Shown: piece after piece, positions 8,950-17,070 of the stretch | Position numbering within the stretch: position 1 is the stretch's first letter | Layout of the letters: each line of letters opens with the position of its first letter | Source of the DNA: Proteobacteria bacterium UBA6503 | GTDB lineage: Bacteria > Pseudomonadota > Alphaproteobacteria > UBA1280 > UBA6503 | Assembly: GCA_002436405.1 (NCBI GenBank) | Contig: DJLZ01000005.1 | Span: 635,463 to 667,462, forward strand | Length of the DNA stretch: 32,000 nucleotides | Reading direction: 5' to 3' | Program-made: the position numbers and the translations under genes | The notes under the pieces: model-generated | The model's database searches: none | What the model was told of the DNA's origin: nothing | What the model saw: only the letters and a program-made list of their open reading frames with translations

Positions 8950-9699
8950 ATGAAAATCGCAACATGGAATCTGGATCGTCGTAACGATAACGCCCTAGAC
9001 GGCGTTAAGACGCTTATTGCCGAACATGAGGTTCTATGCCTTCAAGAAGTCCACGAAGACATCCTAAACGACGTTACAGCCCTCACCGAGCATCACTTTA
9101 TTGCTGATGAGTGCACATACCGTGGTGGGCAAACTTTTATTGTGATTTTATCAAAGCACCCCATTCATAATGCTGAGTGCATTGACCACAAGCACTGGCG
9201 TAGCCTGCGCAACTGGTGGCGTAACCAAAAAGAAGGTCGCTGCTTCCAACGTGTAGATATTGACCGTGATGGCCAGCAGTGGCGCGTGATTAATGCCCAC
9301 CTACCTCTTAACGTTTCACCGTTTTGCCGCATGTGCGAGTGGGCACGTATCTGGAACCAGATTGATGAAGACCATAACCGCAACGTTATCTGCGGTGACT
9401 TTAACACCTTTGCAGGCCCGATTTGGGCATTGTTCTTTGGGGTGTTTATGGGCTTTAGACTCAAAGACTTGTTCTTGAACGAGCGTAACTTGATGCAAAA
9501 ATACATTGAACGCTCAGACTTTACAAACCCCTTCCGTAAGAAGAAGTTCACCCACACGCGCACACACATGCATGTGCCCTACCAGCTAGACTTTTTGCTA
9601 CATCATGAAAAGCATCAAACAAAAGATGCGAAGCGCTGGCCAAAGCGCATGGGATCAGACCATTGGCCTTTATCAGCTCAGATTGAGCTTCAGGATTAA
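8950..9699 (+). CDS. endonuclease/exonuclease/phosphatase (EEP) family protein
   Basis: 249-aa ORF. EEP catalytic landmarks appear in order: 'ATWNL', 'LCLQEV', 'VINAHL', 'CGDFN', 'GSDHWPL'. Confidence 0.75.
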   Translation: MKIATWNLDRRNDNALDGVKTLIAEHEVLCLQEVHEDILNDVTALTEHHFIADECTYRGGQTFIVILSKHPIHNAECIDHKHWRSLRNWWRNQKEGRCFQRVDIDRDGQQWRVINAHLPLNVSPFCRMCEWARIWNQIDEDHNRNVICGDFNTFAGPIWALFFGVFMGFRLKDLFLNERNLMQKYIERSDFTNPFRKKKFTHTRTHMHVPYQLDFLLHHEKHQTKDAKRWPKRMGSDHWPLSAQIELQD

Positions 9700-9709
9700 T
9701 CGTTAACGA

Positions 9710-10114
9710 TTAAAGCTTACCAACAAATTTAAGGAGTGGAATATTTGCGCCGGGCACTTTGTCGGCGTAGGTGTTGAGCTCGTCACGCTTTACCCATACA
9801 ACGTCTTGGTTTTCCTGTGGGTCAACCTTACCTTCCCACTTGGTCACGTGGTAAAGGGGCATAACCAAATGAAACTCAGGGTAAGTGAACGAAGCAAAGG
9901 TTAGTGGCTTCAGGCATGACTTATCAACCTTAATGGCAAGCTCTTCTTCAAGCTCACGTACTAGGGCGTCTTCAGGGGTTTCGTTAGGCTCAAGTTTGCC
10001 GCCAGGGAATTCAAACAAGCCAGGGTAAATTTTATCTGCGGGGCGCTGGCCTAGCAAAATGTTCCCCTCACCGTCATCAATCGCAGCGGCAACACAATGA
10101 AGAATCTTAGGCAT
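9710..10114 (-). CDS. Nudix hydrolase (MutT-like)
   Basis: Start moved to ATG 10114 ('MPKILHCVAAAI...') so that it does not run into the secA stop. Nudix box 'GKLEPNETPEDALVRELEEELAI' matches GX5EX7REUXEEXGU apart from G->A. It lies downstream of secA, as mutT does in many proteobacteria. Confidence 0.85.
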   Translation of the reverse strand: MPKILHCVAAAIDDGEGNILLGQRPADKIYPGLFEFPGGKLEPNETPEDALVRELEEELAIKVDKSCLKPLTFASFTYPEFHLVMPLYHVTKWEGKVDPQENQDVVWVKRDELNTYADKVPGANIPLLKFVGKL

Positions 10115-10128
10115 GGTCAATCTAACCC

Positions 10129-12792
10129 TTAAGCTTGTGCGGCCTGCGAGTCTTGCGACTGAAAGCGACCGTGGCAATGCTTGTACTTTTTACCGCTACC
10201 ACATGGGCACGCTTGGTTACGGCCAATGTTTTGGCCAGCGTATGGGTTAGTCTCTTCGCCAACGTACTCTGTACCTTCGGTGGTTTCACCTTCAGGGGTT
10301 TCAAAGCCGTCTTCGCCCGGTAGCGCTTGTGGCATGCTGTTTTCACGCACTTCAACAAGGCTTAGCAGCATGATTGTTTCTTCACGAATATGGTCAAGCA
10401 TCACTTCAAACATGCTGAATGATTCAGTCTTGTATTCGTTCAGAGGGTCTTTTTGTGCAAAACCACGAAGACCAATACCTTCACGCAAGAAGTCTAGGCG
10501 CTGTAGGTGGTCTTTCCACTGTTGGTCAATCACCTGTAGAAGAAGGCTCTTCTCTAGGCGGCGCAGAAGCTCTGAACCAAAGCGTTTTTCTTTTTCAGCG
10601 TAAGCGTCTGTTGTGTAGTCACGTAGCTTTTCAAAAATCTCAGCTTCGGTGATGTTATCTTCCTTTACCCAATCAGCAACTGGTGGGTTTACTTGGAAGA
10701 TACGCAGTAGCTCTTCTGATAGGCCTTTAATTTCCCACTGTTCAGCGTATGAGCCTGCAGGCATAAAGCGTGCAATCAGTGCATCAAGCACATCTTCACG
10801 GAAGTCAGAGATAATGTCTGATACTTCTTCTGAGCCCATCACTTCGCGGCGTTGGTCGTAAATTACTTTACGTTGCTCGTTGTGCACATCGTCAAACTTC
10901 AACAAGTTCTTACGAATGTCAAAGTTACGGGCTTCAATTTTACGTTGGGCACTTTCAAGAGCACGGCTTACCAAACGGTTTGAGATTGCCTCGCCTTCTG
11001 GCATGTTTAGGCGCTCCATGATGGTATCCATGTTCGATGAGAAAATGCGCATCAAATCGTCTTGTAGGCATAGGTAGAACTGGCTTGAGCCAGGGTCACC
11101 CTGACGGCCTGAACGACCACGCAGCTGGTTATCAATACGGCGTGACTCGTGACGCTCGGTACCAATCACACGTAGACCACCAGCTTTAAGCACAGCTTGT
11201 TTTTCAGCTTCGTGCTCTTTAGCTAGTTTGTCTTGTTCTTTTTTGTCTTCAACGCCTTCAAGCATCAACTCTAGGCTACCGCCTAGTTTAATGTCGGTAC
11301 CACGGCCAGCCATGTTAGTGGCAATGGTTACAGCACCTAGACGACCCGCTTGGGCTACAATTTCAGCCTCTTGCTCGTGGTAGCGGGCGTTTAGCACACT
11401 GTGCTTCACTTTACGCTTTTTAAGCTCGGCTGAAAGTTGCTCTGACTTTTCAATACTTGTTGTACCAACTAGTACAGGTTGCTGGCGTTCAGCACAGTCA
11501 GCAATATCGTCAATAATGGCGTTGGTTTTTTCAGGCAGTGTGCGGTAAATCAAATCAACGGCATCTTCACGGGCAATCGGAAGGTTCGTTGGGATAATCA
11601 CAACACTTAGGCCGTAAATTGATTCAAACTCTTCAGCTTCGGTATCAGCTGTACCAGTCATACCGGCTAGTTTGTCGTACATACGGAAGTAGTTCTGGAA
11701 GGTAATTGCCGCAAGGGTTTGGTTCTCGTTATGAACCTTCACGCCTTCTTTAGCTTCAAGGGCTTGGTGCAAGCCTTCTGAAAAACGACGACCCGCCATC
11801 ATACGGCCAGTAAATTCATCAATAATCACGACTTGGTCATCTTTGATGATGTAGTCTTTATCGCGTGTAAATAGGGTATGAGCCTTCAAGGCTTGGTTTA
11901 GGTGGTGAACAAGCGCAACGTTTGTTACGTCGTATAGGCTTTCACCTTCAAGGATGCCATTATCTTTAAGAAGTTTTTCAGCGTAGTCAGTCCCCTCTTC
12001 TGTCAGGGTTACGTTGCGGGCCTTCTCGTCCTTAATCCAGTGAAGTTCTTCCTTCAGGCTTGGGATAATCTTATCAACCGCCATGTAGGTTTCGGTACGG
12101 TCTTCCGTTGGGCCAGAGATAATAAGCGGCGTACGGGCTTCATCAATCAGGATAGAGTCAACCTCATCCACAATCGCAAATGATTTATCACGCTGCACCA
12201 TTTCCTTCAGCGAGAACTTCATGTTGTCGCGCAGGTAATCAAAGCCAAGCTCGTTGTTGGTGGCGTAGGTCACGTCTGAATGGTAAGCCGCACGGCGTTC
12301 TTCGTCTGATAGGCCTGGAATAACAAAACCACAGGTCATGTCCAAGGTTTCAAACATTGGGCGCATCCACTCAGCATCACGGCGAGCAAGGTAATCGTTC
12401 ACTGTTACAACGTGTACGCCTTTGCCATCAAGGGCGTTTAGGTAGGCTGCTAGTGGTGCAACAAGTGTTTTACCTTCACCTGTTTTCATTTCTGAGATCA
12501 TGCCTTTATGCATCACCATCGCACCAATCAACTGTACGTCGTATGGGCGTAGGCCCAGGGCACGGCGGGCCGCTTCACGGGCAACAGCAAAAGCCTCGAC
12601 CAGCATATCGTCAAGGGTTTCGCCTTTTTCTAGGCGTGATTTAAATTCTGAAGTCTTTTGACGAAGCTCATCTTTGGTAAGCTTTTCGATGGTAGGCTCA
12701 AGGGCGTTAATCTGGTCTACAAGTGGTTGGAGAGAGCGTAGCATGCGTTCGTTGCGGCTACCGAAGATTTTCTTGAGTGGGTTCATTACCAT
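10129..12792 (-). CDS. secA: preprotein translocase ATPase SecA
   Basis: 887-aa ORF. '[11 protein letters not shown]', '[19 protein letters not shown]' and C-terminal zinc motif '[14 protein letters not shown]'. Confidence 0.97.
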   Translation of the reverse strand: MVMNPLKKIFGSRNERMLRSLQPLVDQINALEPTIEKLTKDELRQKTSEFKSRLEKGETLDDMLVEAFAVAREAARRALGLRPYDVQLIGAMVMHKGMISEMKTGEGKTLVAPLAAYLNALDGKGVHVVTVNDYLARRDAEWMRPMFETLDMTCGFVIPGLSDEERRAAYHSDVTYATNNELGFDYLRDNMKFSLKEMVQRDKSFAIVDEVDSILIDEARTPLIISGPTEDRTETYMAVDKIIPSLKEELHWIKDEKARNVTLTEEGTDYAEKLLKDNGILEGESLYDVTNVALVHHLNQALKAHTLFTRDKDYIIKDDQVVIIDEFTGRMMAGRRFSEGLHQALEAKEGVKVHNENQTLAAITFQNYFRMYDKLAGMTGTADTEAEEFESIYGLSVVIIPTNLPIAREDAVDLIYRTLPEKTNAIIDDIADCAERQQPVLVGTTSIEKSEQLSAELKKRKVKHSVLNARYHEQEAEIVAQAGRLGAVTIATNMAGRGTDIKLGGSLELMLEGVEDKKEQDKLAKEHEAEKQAVLKAGGLRVIGTERHESRRIDNQLRGRSGRQGDPGSSQFYLCLQDDLMRIFSSNMDTIMERLNMPEGEAISNRLVSRALESAQRKIEARNFDIRKNLLKFDDVHNEQRKVIYDQRREVMGSEEVSDIISDFREDVLDALIARFMPAGSYAEQWEIKGLSEELLRIFQVNPPVADWVKEDNITEAEIFEKLRDYTTDAYAEKEKRFGSELLRRLEKSLLLQVIDQQWKDHLQRLDFLREGIGLRGFAQKDPLNEYKTESFSMFEVMLDHIREETIMLLSLVEVRENSMPQALPGEDGFETPEGETTEGTEYVGEETNPYAGQNIGRNQACPCGSGKKYKHCHGRFQSQDSQAAQA

Positions 12793-12880
12793 AACACTAT
12801 TCCTATACGGATTCTTATCGTCATCTAAAATTATCTACGGGGCGTTTTGCCCGCAAATTTGGGGCTAGAAGTGCAATGCA

Positions 12881-13936
12881 CTAGAAGCGGTTGGTATCGT
12901 ACGCCTGAATATTGCTAAGTGCAAGCATCTTAGCGTTTTCACGCCCATCTTTAATGAACGGGTACGGGTTTACCTTGTGCTCACCAAGAAGCACTTCAAA
13001 ATGCAAGTGTGGGCCTGTTGAACGGCCGCTGCTGCCCATAAGGCCAACAACTTCACCTGCTTTAACGCTTTGGCCGTTGCGCACAAGCGCTTGGTTCATG
13101 TGGCCATAACGTGTACGGATACCGTTACCATGGGTTACTTCAACCATAATGCCGTAACCAAAACGGTAACCAGAAAATGTAATCACACCGTCAGCAGAAG
13201 CTACGATTGGGGCGTTGTAACCGCCCGCAATATCAACACCTGAGTGCCAACGTTGTTTCTTTGAAAATGGGTCAGTACGCATACCGTAGTTTGATGAAAG
13301 GTACGTACGCTTGTTCACAACAGGCCAGTGGTGTGGCTGAACGTTGCGGTTAATCTGTGTTTTTGAAAGTAGATCAAGGCTTGTTTCCATCACACGCTCA
13401 ACATCATCCGTACGGCGGCGTGTTGAAGCAAGTTGCGTTGCAATGGCAAATACTGAAGTTGCTGGTGTGCGGACGCTAATTTCACCGTCGCCTACTGGCT
13501 CAATGTTGTCTAGTTCGGCTAGGTAGTCACCAAAGTATTTATCTTCAAACAAGCGCTCACCGATGCTGTCAAAGCGATCAAGACGGGCCTGAATGTTGCC
13601 TAGCTCGTGGGCAAAGAATTTCATTTTATTATCGCGGAAGGCAAGTTCTTCAGTTTTTTCTGAAAGCTCCGACTCTAGCGCAACGATTTGCAGGTTTTTA
13701 GCTGCAAGCTGGCTTTTAAGGTAAGGGTCAATTGATTGCTGAGAAACAGCGTAGCTGAAGTAGTAAAGGCTCCAACCCAATAGGCCCAAAATAAGGCCCG
13801 CCATAGCTACAAGGTGCCAAAGACGTGGTGTCAGCATGCGCTGATGGCCTGTATCACCAAACGAAACAGACAAGTGCATCGTCTGACGTAGTGTCAGAAG
13901 CAAGCGCTTGAAAACTGAAAGTTCGTTTGTTGGCAT
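12881..13936 (-). CDS. M23 family metallopeptidase with N-terminal TM and coiled coil
   Basis: 351-aa ORF. TM 'LVAMAGLILGLLGWSLYYF', a coiled-coil-like segment, and the M23 motifs 'HSGVDIAG' and 'GPHLHFEV'. Confidence 0.85.
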   Translation of the reverse strand: MPTNELSVFKRLLLTLRQTMHLSVSFGDTGHQRMLTPRLWHLVAMAGLILGLLGWSLYYFSYAVSQQSIDPYLKSQLAAKNLQIVALESELSEKTEELAFRDNKMKFFAHELGNIQARLDRFDSIGERLFEDKYFGDYLAELDNIEPVGDGEISVRTPATSVFAIATQLASTRRRTDDVERVMETSLDLLSKTQINRNVQPHHWPVVNKRTYLSSNYGMRTDPFSKKQRWHSGVDIAGGYNAPIVASADGVITFSGYRFGYGIMVEVTHGNGIRTRYGHMNQALVRNGQSVKAGEVVGLMGSSGRSTGPHLHFEVLLGEHKVNPYPFIKDGRENAKMLALSNIQAYDTNRF

Positions 13937-14181
13937 GGGTTTTACCGCTTATATCTATTAATAGTTTTGCATGTTTATCACATAATTCGGCGCAGGGTCA
14001 ACCGCCCAAATCGCTGTAAATCAGGTCGTTTACGTCAACCGAGGCTTAACTATAGCATTTATCTCATTTTTTATTTTACGGTTTTTATTCAACCTTGGGT
14101 TTTTGCTATACAGGGTGCGTCCTGAGTGCCATACTTAACCTCTATTAAAGCTAATAAAAAACAACAAGTAGGTATCTCGTC

Positions 14182-15048
14182 ATGGCGAACCGTCTCAAAC
14201 TCACTTCAACAATTTTTGGCCTAAGCCTTTTCTTAGCGAGCCCAGTATTCATAAGCCACGCACAAGACCATGGCCACAGCCACAGCATGGACGCCCATGA
14301 CCATGGACTAACAAGCTCTGATAAGCCTATCGTTTATGTAAACGATACCCCTATCACAGAAGCTGACGTTGTGATGCAAATTGAAACGTTGCCTCACATG
14401 TTCACCTCAGGCCGCGATGATGAAATTCGCCAAGCCGTGCTTGAGCGCTTGATTCAGCAACGTCTTGTTGTTGATGCCGCAAAGAAGATGGGAATTGAGA
14501 ATGATCCAGAATACCTATCACAGCTTAAAACACTTAAAGATAACCTTATCTTTAACTTTGTGATTTCAGATAAGCTAGATGAAGAAATTACCCCTGCCCG
14601 ACTTAAGCAGTATTATAAGGACTATGCAGAAGACTATGCCTACCCTTCTGTTCGTGCTGCACACATCTTGGTACAGGACGAAGACACCGCAAAAAGTATT
14701 ATTAAACGCCTAGATAAAGGCGAAAAATTTGCTGATGTTGCCATTGAAACCTCAACTGGTCCTGCAGCTGCTAAGGGCGGCATGCTAGGTTGGCTGGCTC
14801 GCAATACAATGGTCGAACCATTTGAAGAAGCTGTATTCTCGCTTAAAGCTGGCGAATACACAAAAGAGCCTGTTAAAACCCAATTTGGCTATCATGTGAT
14901 TAAGGTTTACGAAGTTGACGATAAGCATGTACCTCTTCTTGAAGAGCTTGAGCCTGAATTTCAACAAAAGCTAAGTGAGCAAATTGTTGAAAAATACATC
15001 AAGACTTTAGAAAAAGAAGCGACCATTCGATATGAAGAAGCCAAGTAA
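14182..15048 (+). CDS. periplasmic parvulin-type peptidyl-prolyl isomerase (SurA/PrsA-like)
   Basis: 288-aa ORF. Signal peptide 'LTSTIFGLSLFLASPVFISHA', a SurA-N-like helical region, and a PpiC domain ('RAAHILV...', 'FGYHVIKV'). Confidence 0.85.
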   Translation: MANRLKLTSTIFGLSLFLASPVFISHAQDHGHSHSMDAHDHGLTSSDKPIVYVNDTPITEADVVMQIETLPHMFTSGRDDEIRQAVLERLIQQRLVVDAAKKMGIENDPEYLSQLKTLKDNLIFNFVISDKLDEEITPARLKQYYKDYAEDYAYPSVRAAHILVQDEDTAKSIIKRLDKGEKFADVAIETSTGPAAAKGGMLGWLARNTMVEPFEEAVFSLKAGEYTKEPVKTQFGYHVIKVYEVDDKHVPLLEELEPEFQQKLSEQIVEKYIKTLEKEATIRYEEAK

Positions 15049-15802
15049 ACGTTACGGGAACCTAAGCTTTTTAAACACCATCATTGTAGCCTGTGTTGCT
15101 GTTGCAGCGGCAGGCTGCGTTTCTACTGGGGGCACCACCTCAAGTGATCTTCAGCGTGTGATGAAAATTAGCGCCGTTGATAGCGCTTTTGCTTCTAAAG
15201 CAAGTGAAAACATTCAGCGCCTAGGGAATGTAAGCGTCGTTACAGAAGATGACTTTTCTGAGCTTACCCTTATCCTTGATGGCCTCAGTGGTGTTGCCTC
15301 ATCGCAAGTTCTCTCAAAGCCGAAGATTGTGGGTATCCTGCGTAAAGAGACTAAGCCGGGCACCTACCAAATCAGCTATACCCTTATCGATAACCTAGGC
15401 AAAACCCTTGCTAAAGGTGACGTGTATGGCGTGGGGCACGAGCAAGAAGGCTTTTACCCTGCCCTAAATGATGAGAATACAGCTGCTCAAACAGCCGCAA
15501 TGGAAGATGCCCTGAAGCAGCTGAATGGTCAAATTGCTAAAGATCTTGCCCTCAACGGGTTCCGTAGTGTGGTTTCAAGCCAGTTGGTGGCCGTAGCCCA
15601 AGTGGCTGTGCCGGTAGCAGATGAAGTTAACTTCAGCACACGTCAAACGTTCTATGCTGAAGGTATGCCCTCTACCCGCTTAAAGTTCTTAGGCTTTAGC
15701 CAAGACCCTCAAGGTCAAAAGCAAGCCCTGCTGGATGTTGTTGAAGGCAGCATCCCTGATCTTGGCACTGTGATTTACCTACGGGGTCAAAATCAAAGTT
15801 AA
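15032..15802 (+). CDS. hypothetical lipoprotein
   Basis: 256-aa ORF. Its ATG overlaps the last 17 nt of the PPIase gene. Signal sequence plus lipobox-like 'VAVAAAGC'. I recognise no family. Confidence 0.7.
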   Translation: MKKPSKRYGNLSFLNTIIVACVAVAAAGCVSTGGTTSSDLQRVMKISAVDSAFASKASENIQRLGNVSVVTEDDFSELTLILDGLSGVASSQVLSKPKIVGILRKETKPGTYQISYTLIDNLGKTLAKGDVYGVGHEQEGFYPALNDENTAAQTAAMEDALKQLNGQIAKDLALNGFRSVVSSQLVAVAQVAVPVADEVNFSTRQTFYAEGMPSTRLKFLGFSQDPQGQKQALLDVVEGSIPDLGTVIYLRGQNQS

Positions 15803-15836
15803 GCTGCCTTTAAAATCGCTTTAAGCTTTGCACAAT

Positions 15837-15870
15837 AAAAAGAGCCCCACCGATTAAGGTGGGGCTCTTC
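15837..15870. terminator. intrinsic terminator shared by convergent lipoprotein gene and high-GC orphan gene
   Basis: AAAAA-GAGCCCCACC-gattaa-GGTGGGGCTC-TTCGTT. Perfect 10-bp stem. The minus-strand reading is followed by TTTTTATT, so it is the better terminator for the minus-strand gene. Confidence 0.8.
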
Positions 15871-15877
15871 GTTACGT

Positions 15878-16870
15878 TTAGGCAGCGTCCTTGGTCGCGG
15901 CATCCGAAGTTTCCTTCGGAGCCTTTTCCTTGGTCTGTGCCTTGGACTGGGCCTTCTTCTGGCTGGTGTTGCGCCCCTTGCCACCCTTGCGGGGCTTCTG
16001 GGTACGCTTGCCAGCCTTTTCGGCTTCCTGGCGCTGACGCGTCTTCACGCCACCACGGCTGCCACGGGTGGGCAGACCGAAGTAGAACGGGAATTTCGCA
16101 CGCAGGATGTACAGCTCCTTCATGGCAGCACCAACAGCGCTGACATCGGTAGCTTCGGCCGACTTGGTCGCACTGACAACAGCCCGCAGGCCATCGGCAG
16201 TCAACTTCGACGACTTCAGCACCTTGGCTGCATAGTCCTTGGGCTGCGTTTCCGACTTCTCTCGAGCTTTCTTGATCGAAGTGTAGATACGCTGGACATT
16301 GCCGGTGATGCGCTGCTGGATGAGCGGGGTCATCGCAGTGACGACCTCTTCACCCGTGGTCGCATTCTCGATCCGCTCATAGAGCGTCACGAGGCTCGAC
16401 GTGGCCTTGTCCGCCAGACGATCGAAATGATCGAAGTCGGCAGCACCCGAAGCAAACGGGCCAGTGTTGGCCGCCGCTTCCATACGCGCAACCGCAGCCG
16501 TGGCACGAACCGCCGAACGCAGCAGCTCTTCGACCACGTACAACGCCAGATAGCTGGTGTCGGTCGTGGTGTCCTTGCGCTGCACATGGCGGAATGCACC
16601 CTGCGTCAAGGTGGTAATCACCTTGCTGGCATGGCTCATGTAGACCGTCACACCCTGTACGGGCTTCTGGTCGGGTTTGACAGCACGCAGCGATGCTTGC
16701 ACATCGATGCCGGGCGGGTTGAAGGTACCGATGCCGTAGGCATCGCCCACAAGCACAGCAGCCTTGCTCACACGGTCGATCATGTGTTCCATGATGGGCT
16801 TGGCCGTGTTGATGCGGGACTGGAGCTTCGACTCGAGCAGGTTGCCGAGGGTATCGAGGGAATTGGTCAT
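15878..16870 (-). CDS. orphan high-GC hypothetical protein with K/R/Q-rich C-terminal tail (no family recognised)
   Basis: The ORF runs 15878..16936, but I chose ATG 16870 ('MTNSLDTLGNLLES...', 330 aa) because AGGAG lies 8 nt upstream and the GC shift begins there. It is the longest frame in a region that is stop-poor in several frames. Codons mostly end in G/C. Confidence 0.7.
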   Translation of the reverse strand: MTNSLDTLGNLLESKLQSRINTAKPIMEHMIDRVSKAAVLVGDAYGIGTFNPPGIDVQASLRAVKPDQKPVQGVTVYMSHASKVITTLTQGAFRHVQRKDTTTDTSYLALYVVEELLRSAVRATAAVARMEAAANTGPFASGAADFDHFDRLADKATSSLVTLYERIENATTGEEVVTAMTPLIQQRITGNVQRIYTSIKKAREKSETQPKDYAAKVLKSSKLTADGLRAVVSATKSAEATDVSAVGAAMKELYILRAKFPFYFGLPTRGSRGGVKTRQRQEAEKAGKRTQKPRKGGKGRNTSQKKAQSKAQTKEKAPKETSDAATKDAA

Positions 16871-17012
16871 TAGATTTTCTCCTGTAACAGGCAGAATAGA
16901 AAAGGAAAAGAAGAGTCTAGGGTAGACCGACTTCAAGTAATGGCTCCCTTCGCCTTTTACAAGGGGTAAGGTGTTAATTTTATTGTTAAATCACATCTAA
17001 GCTTCCAAACAC

Positions 17013-17039
17013 AAAAAAGCCTCCTTGCGGAGGCTTTTT
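17013..17039 (-). terminator. intrinsic terminator downstream of rplQ (end of alpha operon)
   Basis: Minus-strand reading is AAAAAGCCTCC-GCAA-GGAGGCTTTTTTGT. GC core stem extended by A/U pairs, then a U run. Confidence 0.8.
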
Positions 17040-17070
17040 CAAAAGTGGCTTACTACCGACTTCTGTAAGA

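Noticed and set aside
10122-10652. ORFs overlapping the secA 3' region (10122..10358 -, 10135..10323 +, 10181..10603 +, 10419..10652 +)
   Set aside because: They lie entirely inside the strongly supported secA frame, have biased Ser/Arg-rich composition, and lack independent start signals.
12865-12887. Direct repeat CTAGAAG...CTAGAAG flanking the near-palindrome TGCAATGCA at the M23 peptidase stop codon
   Set aside because: It is very short (7 nt) and the second copy is constrained by the stop codon and last codons. Chance cannot be excluded.
15859-16873. Plus-strand ORFs 15859..16143 (94 aa) and 16427..16873 (148 aa), plus the same-strand alternate frame 16387..16599, all inside the high-GC gene
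   Set aside because: Their R/G/H/P-rich products are typical antisense or off-frame translations of GC-rich DNA, where stop codons are rare. They have no SD and lie entirely within the longer, better-supported minus-strand frame.
16871-16936. 22-codon N-terminal extension of the orphan ORF ('MKSVYPRLFFSFSILPVTGENL')
   Set aside because: The extension lies in AT-rich leader sequence, contains the AGGAG that serves ATG 16870, and has no SD of its own. The compositional shift starts at 16870.
15803-17070. Whether the high-GC gene is part of a prophage, genomic island, integron cassette or transposon
   Set aside because: There is no integrase, transposase, tRNA target, terminal inverted repeat, attC-like site or flanking direct repeat. 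The only shared flank string is a 7-mer (TAAGGTG), which is consistent with chance.
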